A DNA stretch of 32,000 nt from Candidatus Saccharimonadota bacterium (lineage in GTDB: Bacteria; Patescibacteriota; Gracilibacteria; UBA1369; 2-02-FULL-48-14), in NCBI GenBank assembly GCA_965230905.1, contig OZ246396.1, positions 510,001-542,000 on the forward strand. The letters are read 5' to 3'. Below, piece by piece: positions 16,011-22,996 of the stretch. The notes beneath the pieces were generated by a model. It did not search any database and was not told where the DNA came from. It worked only from the letters and a program-made list of their open reading frames with translations. Made by a program: the position numbers and the translations under genes. Positions within the stretch are counted from its first letter, which is position 1, and each line of letters begins with the position of its first letter.

Positions 16011-16751
16011 ATGTTGAATTTAATCCAATCTTTAGGGGCAAGTCCAAAAGAGGCTAAAGTTTTTCTCACCTTGTTGGAGCTTGGCGCTCAGCCTGTGGGG
16101 ACTCTTGCGAAACAGCTTGGGCTAGCTCGTTCGTCCACGTACTCTATCCTGGAACGGTTGGAGGCACTTGGCCTTGTTGAACCTTTTGAACGCAACAAAA
16201 TTAAGTACGTGAAATGTATTTTGGTGGAATCCATCCAAGATCTTATTCATGCAAAGGAAAGAAGAATTAAGCAGATCAAGGGGCTTTATGAAGACAAGCT
16301 GCCAGAGCTGCAAAAGTTGGAGCATCGCCTTAGTATCACGCCAAAAATAAAACATTTTGAAGGGAAGGAAGCAGTGATGCGTATCTACGAGGAAGTGCTC
16401 AAAGCGAAGTCTTTTGACGCAATTTTTAATCCTCAAGTGGTCAAGCAGCACATGCTGGAATATCACTACGCAATCCCCATGTTGGCAGATCAAAAGACAG
16501 TTCATTTGCGAGAACTGCTCGTCGCAGGAACTGAGGCGAGAGAGTATAAGGCTAAATTTGAAAGACCGAATCACGAAATCCGCATTCTGCCTGAAGGTGT
16601 GGAGATAAACGCGGACACAATTATCACTGACAACGAAATTTATATGGTGGGATATTCTGAAAAGGAGGTTTCTGCCACAGAAATTAGGAATCCAATTTTG
16701 GCTCAGGCGCAAAAAGTGCTTTTTGAGGGGTGGTGGGGGAGATTGTCGTGA
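16011..16751 (+). CDS. TrmB-family winged-helix transcriptional regulator
   Basis: N-terminal LGASPKEAKVFLTLLELGAQPVGTLAKQLGLARSSTYSILERLEALGLVE is the typical TrmB HTH, followed by a C-terminal domain of about 150 aa. Confidence 0.8.
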   Translation: MLNLIQSLGASPKEAKVFLTLLELGAQPVGTLAKQLGLARSSTYSILERLEALGLVEPFERNKIKYVKCILVESIQDLIHAKERRIKQIKGLYEDKLPELQKLEHRLSITPKIKHFEGKEAVMRIYEEVLKAKSFDAIFNPQVVKQHMLEYHYAIPMLADQKTVHLRELLVAGTEAREYKAKFERPNHEIRILPEGVEINADTIITDNEIYMVGYSEKEVSATEIRNPILAQAQKVLFEGWWGRLS

Positions 16752-16766
16752 AAATAAGTCGGCAGA

Positions 16767-16780
16767 CCCTCTCCACCATT
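16767..16780 (+). repeat. 13-of-14 copy of the tmRNA 3' terminus plus flank (CCCTCTCCACCATT)
   Basis: Compare CCATCTCCACCATT at 14227-14240. It lies 16 nt after the TrmB-like gene stop. Confidence 0.45.
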
Positions 16781-16830
16781 GCATTTAAAACGGATTTTGC
16801 TAAAGTGCTGACATAAATAATCCTTATGTT

Positions 16831-17028
16831 ATGAAAACGCACCTCACTGTTCCTGGCCATGGAGAAGGAGATGACCTTCAGCAAGATTTTGTACACGTGG
16901 GCGCTGGGCGCAACGAGCAGGTTTTGACGCTTTCCGAATACGCAGAGGTATCTTCATTGGCTGTCCATAATGCAGAACAGATTTTTGAGATGATGCCTGA
17001 TGCAGACGAAGAAACCATTGGAGACTGA
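16831..17028 (+). CDS. hypothetical protein (65 aa), in the same frame as the next ORF and separated from it by one TGA
   Basis: ORF ends at TGA 17026-17028. The next ATG (17038) is in the same frame, 9 nt later. Confidence 0.3.
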   Translation: MKTHLTVPGHGEGDDLQQDFVHVGAGRNEQVLTLSEYAEVSSLAVHNAEQIFEMMPDADEETIGD

Positions 17029-17037
17029 TTAAAGCTT

Positions 17038-17562
17038 ATGAACGAATCCTGTTTAGAGGAGATCCCTGAGGTGAGCACCATCATTTGTGCCCCACTCGTT
17101 TTTCCTGTGTGCGCGGACTTTGAGGAAGAGTTTTTAGGGGCTATTCGCCGTCCGTGGCTAGACATTGTTCCAGTCACAAATGTTTCGGTCCATGTATTGC
17201 TTGAGATAAGAGGCGTGCTGGGCGTAGTTACGAGGATTGTCCCGAAAGTGTATGTTAACAGGATTGGGACGGTTAAGAGTGGCGTGATACAAGACGATGT
17301 TCTTGGGGGATGCATCGCAGCTCCGTGCGGAAGAAATGAGGATTTTAGCGAGAAAAACTTTGTTTTAGCTAGAAGTGTTGGTGAGACACGGCTGGGCGCT
17401 GATGATTATCTCGATTCGTGGCTGCTAAGCCAGGGAATCACTTCTAATGAAGGCACGCTTGCAAAAATGGAGTTCCGCGCCAAGCCATGGGTTGAGTCGT
17501 GGAAAGCGATCAGTCGTTTGGGGCGAGCTTCGAGTAGCCAAGGTCAAGTTTTTGCTGTATAA
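17038..17562 (+). CDS. hypothetical protein (174 aa)
   Basis: Its stop lies 7 nt before the ABC-F start, so co-transcription is likely. No recognisable family. Confidence 0.45.
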   Translation: MNESCLEEIPEVSTIICAPLVFPVCADFEEEFLGAIRRPWLDIVPVTNVSVHVLLEIRGVLGVVTRIVPKVYVNRIGTVKSGVIQDDVLGGCIAAPCGRNEDFSEKNFVLARSVGETRLGADDYLDSWLLSQGITSNEGTLAKMEFRAKPWVESWKAISRLGRASSSQGQVFAV

Positions 17563-17569
17563 ACTCCGC

Positions 17570-19054
17570 ATGTCTACTAGTGAAACCATTCTCAGTTTTG
17601 ATAACGTCTCGTTTGAATTCGAGCACAAGAAGCCGATTTTGGACAGTGTGAGTTTTTCTGTGCGGCGCGATACCAAGATCACGATCATGGGGCAAAATGG
17701 AGCTGGGAAGAGCACGATTTTGAAACTGATCAGCGGGGAGCTGAAGGCAAAAGAAGGGGCGGTGAATAAAATTCCCAAGTTGACCATTGCAACGGCTTAC
17801 CAGGTGATTCGGCCGGAGGACCGCGAGCTCACCATTCGCGAGTTTTTCCAGAAAAATTTCAAAGAAAAAGTTTACGACATCGACAGGCGCATCGACGAGG
17901 TTTTGGCGGTGGTGAATTTGCTTGCGCCGCACGACCGACTTGTGAAGAGCTTTTCTGGTGGGCAGCAAGCGCGACTTTTGCTCGCGTCGGCGCTGATTCA
18001 GGATGCGGACCTTTTGCTTTTGGATGAGCCGACGAACAATTTGGACAAAGAAGGAATTGGACATTTGACGGCGTTTTTGGTGATGTATGAAAAGACCTGC
18101 ATGGTGATTTCCCACGACGCGGACTTTTTGAATTCGTTCACGGAGGGGGTGCTGTATTTGGATACCTTCACGCACAAAGTGGAGCAATATGTGGGAAATT
18201 ATTTTGATGCGGTGGATGAAATTGCGCGTCGAATTGAAAAAGAAAACATGAAAAATGCGCAGCTGGCGAAGGCGATTATTAAGAACAAAGAGCAGGCGAA
18301 CGTGTTTGCGCACAAGGGAGGAAAACTTCGTCTGGTGGCGCGCAAAATGCGTGACAAGGCGGAGGAAATGGAAGAGGCCAAAGTGGACGTGCGACGTGAA
18401 GACAAAACGATTCGACCGTTTGAAATTCCTGCTCAGGAGGATCTCAGTGGGGAACTGCTCAAGCTTTCAGAGGTTTCCGTGATTCGTCATCACCACGCGA
18501 CCATGCGAAAAGTGGAGGTGTCACTCCGAAAAAATCAGCATCTGCTTTTGACCGGGCCGAATGGAATTGGGAAGAGCACGCTACTCGAAACACTGGCATC
18601 CGGGAAAGCGAAGGGCGCCGTGATCGCACCGGGGGTGCGCGTGGGCTATTACCGTCAGGATTTTTCGACTTTGAATTTTGAACACACGGTGCGCGAGTCA
18701 CTGATGGAGGCACTCGAATCGTCGCAAAGTGAGGAGCAAGAGAAAGGAGATCGCCCAGCAGAGGAAGAAATGCGCATGGTGGCTGCGGGATTTTTGATCA
18801 CCAAAGAACTCATCAATTCGAAAATTGGCACCCTGTCCGAAGGGCAGAAAGGACTCGTTTCTTTTGCGCGACTCGTTTTGCAAAAGCCGGGCTTGCTGAT
18901 TTTGGATGAGCCCACGAACCACATCAATTTCCGCCACTTGCCGGTGATTGCTCAGGCTTTGGACGCCTACGAAGGCGCTATGATTTTGGTTTCGCACGTG
19001 CCGGAATTTGTGGACCAAATCCACATTGATATGGAGCTGAATTTGGACAAGTAG
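17570..19054 (+). CDS. ABC-F family ATPase (two ABC domains, no membrane domain)
   Basis: Start at ATG 17570 (MSTSETILSFDNVSF), 494 aa. Walker A GQNGAGKST and GPNGIGKST; signature motifs SGGQQARLLLA and LSEGQKGLVSFA; Walker B LLLLDEPTN and LLILDEPTN. Confidence 0.9.
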   Translation: MSTSETILSFDNVSFEFEHKKPILDSVSFSVRRDTKITIMGQNGAGKSTILKLISGELKAKEGAVNKIPKLTIATAYQVIRPEDRELTIREFFQKNFKEKVYDIDRRIDEVLAVVNLLAPHDRLVKSFSGGQQARLLLASALIQDADLLLLDEPTNNLDKEGIGHLTAFLVMYEKTCMVISHDADFLNSFTEGVLYLDTFTHKVEQYVGNYFDAVDEIARRIEKENMKNAQLAKAIIKNKEQANVFAHKGGKLRLVARKMRDKAEEMEEAKVDVRREDKTIRPFEIPAQEDLSGELLKLSEVSVIRHHHATMRKVEVSLRKNQHLLLTGPNGIGKSTLLETLASGKAKGAVIAPGVRVGYYRQDFSTLNFEHTVRESLMEALESSQSEEQEKGDRPAEEEMRMVAAGFLITKELINSKIGTLSEGQKGLVSFARLVLQKPGLLILDEPTNHINFRHLPVIAQALDAYEGAMILVSHVPEFVDQIHIDMELNLDK

Positions 19055-19057
19055 TTT

Positions 19058-19312
19058 ATGGCTTTCACGGTTTACATTCTTCGCTGCAAAGATGGTACTT
19101 TGTACACGGGTTCCACGAACCATTTGGAAAAACGTGTGCACGCGCACAATCACTTGAAGAGTGCGGCCAAGTACACGCGAGCGAGGCGGCCGGTGGAATT
19201 GGTTTACAGCGAAAGCTGCGCCAACTTTGCAGAGGCGCGGAGTCGTGAGGCAGCGATTAAGAGGCTGACTCGTGAAGAGAAGCTTGCGCTAATTACTTCG
19301 TGTTCTTTTTAA
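19058..19312 (+). CDS. GIY-YIG nuclease-domain protein (UPF0213/YhbQ-like)
   Basis: 84 aa. FTVYILRCKDGTLYTGSTNHLEKRVHAHN...RRPVELVY matches the GIY-YIG core. Confidence 0.85.
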   Translation: MAFTVYILRCKDGTLYTGSTNHLEKRVHAHNHLKSAAKYTRARRPVELVYSESCANFAEARSREAAIKRLTREEKLALITSCSF

Positions 19313-19317
19313 CTACA

Positions 19318-20340
19318 CTACTTATCAACCGGAGCGCCACTTAACTTAAGGGCCACCTCATTTTCTGTGCGTATGGCCCAGGCGAAACTTCTTTGCAAAG
19401 GCTTGGAAGCGTCTATTGGCGTGGACGGGAGCTCTGTAAGGGCTTTGGGCTGGGCACGCACCGCTTCTGCCTCATCTCTTAAACGCTTCAAACGAACGTG
19501 TTCCAAGAGTTTTTCCGCAAAGGCCTCTGCAGAGGGGGCGAAGTCCGCCTTATCTTGAGGACGCCAATAAAACGGATCGTCCCCTAAACTTGCATCGTAG
19601 TCAGAAGGGTACCTGCAAAGAGACTGGTTCCACTCGTAGACAGCTATATCGGAGGGATGTTCTTGCAGCCAGCGCTTAATCATGCCAGGGAGCTTCCTGT
19701 CTATTCCTGCTTGAACTTCTTTACTTTCCTTCTGATATCCTATGTGTTTCATAAAACTCGCGCTGAATGCCAAGGCTGCAAACACGAGAAGTGAGGTGCT
19801 TTGGACTCCGGCGATTTCCTCAGGTAGGCGCTGGTCTTTGGCGAACATAGCAGTCACTCCCATGGCGAGTATAGGAATCATTCCCGTGGCTAAAGTGACC
19901 GAGTTATTTCGTAAGTCTGCCTCATGAGCCTGTGCACGCAAGGCTTGCAGGCCCTCTCTGGGTTCGTGAATATTATCAACGTGTTCAATTTTTAAATCTA
20001 GGGAGCGGAAGACGTCGCGGCGGGTTTGAAGTATCGGCACCAGAAGCTCGCTGAGTTCCAGCAAAAGCTCCGTGTAAAGGGAGCGAACCTCCTCGTTACT
20101 TAGATATTCCCTAATGGTGGATAGAAAACTGGAAAGGCCGCGGTACCCTCCGCCCACGTTGATTTCGGGGAGGCCGTTGGGAGTGCCCGCCTCTGCAAGT
20201 GCGACTCCGATTCGGTCTTTCAGGGCTTTGCATATACCAATCACACGGGCTGGGGGAGGCGTCTCGGGCGCACGTTCGGTCAAGATCCCGAGTGTTTTAT
20301 ATAGCGCTTGGATTTTTTCTCCGGACGAATATTCGCTCAT
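19318..20340 (-). CDS. hypothetical membrane protein (340 aa, two predicted transmembrane helices)
   Basis: ATG start. Hydrophobic segments VTLATGMIPILAMGVTAMFA and STSLLVFAALAFSASFM. No recognisable family. Confidence 0.6.
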   Translation of the reverse strand: MSEYSSGEKIQALYKTLGILTERAPETPPPARVIGICKALKDRIGVALAEAGTPNGLPEINVGGGYRGLSSFLSTIREYLSNEEVRSLYTELLLELSELLVPILQTRRDVFRSLDLKIEHVDNIHEPREGLQALRAQAHEADLRNNSVTLATGMIPILAMGVTAMFAKDQRLPEEIAGVQSTSLLVFAALAFSASFMKHIGYQKESKEVQAGIDRKLPGMIKRWLQEHPSDIAVYEWNQSLCRYPSDYDASLGDDPFYWRPQDKADFAPSAEAFAEKLLEHVRLKRLRDEAEAVRAQPKALTELPSTPIDASKPLQRSFAWAIRTENEVALKLSGAPVDK

Positions 20341-20392
20341 ATTTCTTAGGCAAGGCTTGATCCTAACAGAGGAGTGCTGCCCTGTAAACGGC

Positions 20393-21820
20393 TTAGGAGC
20401 GCAGTTTAAGCGTTTTGGTGATGCCCACTTTGTTCACAAAATAGCGGTCGTGGGAAATCAGGATCATGGCGATTTCTTGGTCGAGGAGGAAGCGTTCCAA
20501 ATCTTCGCGGAGGAAGATGTCGAGGTGGTTTGTGGGCTCGTCCAGCAGAAGCACATCCGGCCTATTGGTGAGCAGGATGGCGAACTCGAGGCGGCGTTGT
20601 TGGCCGTAACTCAGGGTTTTTATTTTGCTGTCTACGAGTTCGGCGGGGAACAAAAAGTTGGCGAGCACGCTGCGGCCGGAGGTGTATTCGATTTGAGTCT
20701 GATTGCCGAATTCGTCGAGCACGGTTTTGTTTTGATCGAGCTTGGAGAACTGGCCAAGGTAACCAATTTTAAGATTGGCTCGCAGGTTCACGGTGCCGTC
20801 ATAATCTTTATCGGTGCCGCTGAGGATGCCGAGCAAGGTGCTTTTGCCGGAACCGTTGGAGCCCTCTACAAGGATGCGGTCGCCGTGCTCCACTTTGAGC
20901 ACCGTGTCCTTTAAAAGTTCCTTGTCGCCAAAGTGTTTAGAGTTGATGCGCACGTTCATCACCATGCCTTCTTGGCCGGTTTTGAGTGGTTTCATTTTCA
21001 CGCGTGGATCGGGCACGGGGGCAGGCGGCGCCTTTTTTTCCATGCGCTCGAGGGCCTTCTTTTTTTGAGCCACCGTGGCGGTGAATTTGAATTTTGGATG
21101 ATTGGCGTTTTCGGCAAGCCAGGCTTCGAGCTCGTTCACTTCGCGCATGCTGAAATCGTAGAGTTGCATGCGTTTTTCATAACGCTCGTAGCGCTCTACT
21201 AGGAAGCGGTCGTAGGAGCCGCTGTAGACTTCAATGCCGTGCTCAGCGGTGATTTCCCAGATTTGATTCGCCACGGCGTTGATGAAAAAGCGGTCGTGCG
21301 ACACAAAGGCCACAGAGCCTTTGAATTCATTCACAAAACCTTTGAGCCATTCGATGCTGGTGTGGTCGAGGTGGTTGGTGGGTTCGTCGAGCAGAAGGAT
21401 GGTGGGTTCCAGCAGCAGAAGTTCCGCAATGGCGATTCGCACGCGTTGCCCTCCGCTCAGACTTTTAAGAGGCTGTTCCAAAATTTCTTGGGGGAGGCTC
21501 ACGTCTTGCAGCACCATGTCGATTTGGTAGCTCATCCATTCTTCTTCCAATTTGGTCAATAAATAGGCGCCCACGGTTTGTTCTTCATCGGGGAAAAGAA
21601 TGTCCTGTTTGAGGTAGGCGATGACTTCCTGTGAGCAGTTCACGCTGCCTTGCGCCGGCTCGAGTTCGCCCGTGATGAGTTTGAGGGGGGTCGATTTTCC
21701 ACATCCGTTTTTACCCACAATGGCCACGCGTTTTTTGGACGCGCCATCGAGCGAGACGCTGATGCCTTCAAAGAGGGGGCCGGAGGCGGTTTCGTAGGAA
21801 AGGTCTTTTGTGAGGAGCAT
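20393..21820 (-). CDS. ABC-F family ATPase (second paralogue)
   Basis: Start at ATG 21820 (MLLTKDLSYE), 475 aa. GKNGCGKST and GSNGSGKST; LSGGQRVRIAIA and LSYGQQRRLEFA; LLLDEPTNHLD twice. The remaining 354 codons of the 829-aa ORF are antisense to topoisomerase IB. Confidence 0.9.
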   Translation of the reverse strand: MLLTKDLSYETASGPLFEGISVSLDGASKKRVAIVGKNGCGKSTPLKLITGELEPAQGSVNCSQEVIAYLKQDILFPDEEQTVGAYLLTKLEEEWMSYQIDMVLQDVSLPQEILEQPLKSLSGGQRVRIAIAELLLLEPTILLLDEPTNHLDHTSIEWLKGFVNEFKGSVAFVSHDRFFINAVANQIWEITAEHGIEVYSGSYDRFLVERYERYEKRMQLYDFSMREVNELEAWLAENANHPKFKFTATVAQKKKALERMEKKAPPAPVPDPRVKMKPLKTGQEGMVMNVRINSKHFGDKELLKDTVLKVEHGDRILVEGSNGSGKSTLLGILSGTDKDYDGTVNLRANLKIGYLGQFSKLDQNKTVLDEFGNQTQIEYTSGRSVLANFLFPAELVDSKIKTLSYGQQRRLEFAILLTNRPDVLLLDEPTNHLDIFLREDLERFLLDQEIAMILISHDRYFVNKVGITKTLKLRS

Positions 21821-21862
21821 TTTTAGAGTTGAAGCCGCGTTACTATAAGGTAAGATTGGCTC

Positions 21863-22903
21863 ATGCTCAAGACCAGCGGTTCTAAAGATCCTGTTAAGGA
21901 AGCGAAAAAGGCCGGGCTTTTGTATGTGCATCCGAGCGCGCCGGGCATTGAACGGAAAAAAACGGGGAGGGGCTTTGGGTATACATTGCCGAATGGGAAG
22001 GAGCTGAAGGATGTAAAAACGGTCGACCGAATCCGCTCGTTGGGGATTCCGCCGGCGTGGAAAGATGTGTGGATTTGCACGCACGAAAATGGACATTTGC
22101 AGGCGACGGGGCGGGACGTGCGGGGGCGGCTGCAGTATTTGTATCATCCAGAGTGGAGGGCGGTGCGCAGCCAAACTAAGTACCATCGTATGCTGACTTT
22201 TGCCGAGGTGCTTCCAAAAATTCGACAAAAAACCATGCGCGATTTGGAACAAAAAGGCCTGACTCGGCAGCGAGTGCTGGCGGCGATTGTGCGGATTATG
22301 GAAAAAACTTTGATCCGGATTGGGAATGAGGAATACGCCAAGGAAAACGATTCTTTTGGGCTCACGACCATGCGAAGTAGACATGTGAAAGTGGCGGGCG
22401 GCGTGGCGAGCTTTCACTTTAAGGGGAAGAGCGGGGTGGTGCACGACGTGGAATTGGATAGTCCTAAATTGGCCAAGATTATTCATCAATGCCAGGAGCT
22501 GCCGGGCCAGGAACTGTTTGGATTTTTGGATGAGGAAGGTAGAGCGCATGACCTGGGTTCGCACGACGTGAACCTGTATTTGCAAGAACTGAGTGGCGAA
22601 GAGATCACGGCTAAGGATTTTAGAACGTGGTTTGGCAGCGTGCATGCTTTGCAAGAAGTGAGGGCGCTGGAGCCCGGGGTTTCTAAGGCGGCGCGGAAGA
22701 AAAATATTGTGCAGGTGGTGGACTGTGTTTCGAGGCAGCTTGGCAACACCAAAGCGGTGTGCAAAAAGTCCTACATTCACCCCGGAATTTTTGAGTGGTA
22801 TTTGGAAGAAAAGGCTTTTGAGTTTAAGTGTAAGTGTGGCAAGGCGCCCAAGCTTCACGAGGCCGAACATGAGCTGGTGCACTTCCTGCTGGCTAACTCA
22901 TAA
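21863..22903 (+). CDS. DNA topoisomerase IB (bacterial/poxvirus-type)
   Basis: 346 aa. IPPAWKDVWI, LQATGRDVRGRLQYLYHPEW, GLTTMRSRHV, FHFKGKSGVVHDVEL, TAKDFRTWFGS and KKSYIHP, which contains the catalytic Tyr context. Confidence 0.9.
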   Translation: MLKTSGSKDPVKEAKKAGLLYVHPSAPGIERKKTGRGFGYTLPNGKELKDVKTVDRIRSLGIPPAWKDVWICTHENGHLQATGRDVRGRLQYLYHPEWRAVRSQTKYHRMLTFAEVLPKIRQKTMRDLEQKGLTRQRVLAAIVRIMEKTLIRIGNEEYAKENDSFGLTTMRSRHVKVAGGVASFHFKGKSGVVHDVELDSPKLAKIIHQCQELPGQELFGFLDEEGRAHDLGSHDVNLYLQELSGEEITAKDFRTWFGSVHALQEVRALEPGVSKAARKKNIVQVVDCVSRQLGNTKAVCKKSYIHPGIFEWYLEEKAFEFKCKCGKAPKLHEAEHELVHFLLANS

Positions 22904-22996
22904 AATTTTGCATAAATTTAGCGATGGCGGGGTGATTTTGCTTGTGCAGAGCTTAAATTAAGGTTAAAGTGGGCGAGACTTTTTCTCGCAAAAAAT

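Larger units (their letters stand above)
14239..16780. mobile_element. possible degraded ssrA-linked islet(s), bounded by direct copies of the tmRNA 3' terminus; no integrase present
   Basis: The tmRNA 3' end CCATCTCCACCATT (14227-14240) recurs as ATCTCCACCA (15281-15290) and as CCCTCTCCACCATT (16767-16780, 13 of 14), all on the same strand. The content is a toxin-antitoxin pair, orphan ORFs and a regulator. Confidence 0.3.

Noticed and set aside
16878-17315. 145-aa minus-strand ORF opposite the 65-aa and 174-aa orphan ORFs
   Set aside because: Its translation is Ser/Thr/Pro-rich low-complexity sequence typical of an antisense frame. The plus-strand ORFs fit the surrounding operon spacing better, although neither strand is proven.
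20393-22882. 829-aa minus-strand ORF that looks like a giant ABC protein with a long N-terminal extension
   Set aside because: Only the last 475 codons (from ATG 21820) resemble an ABC-F protein. The upstream 354 codons are antisense to the well-supported topoisomerase IB gene and translate to low-complexity R/L/F/H/Q-rich sequence.
22973-22989. Hairpin GCGAGA-CTTTT-TCTCGC just upstream of ddl as the terminator of topIB
   Set aside because: On the plus strand it is followed by an A-run, not a U-tract, and it ends 7 nt before the ddl ATG. It is more likely a 5' leader structure, if it is functional at all.
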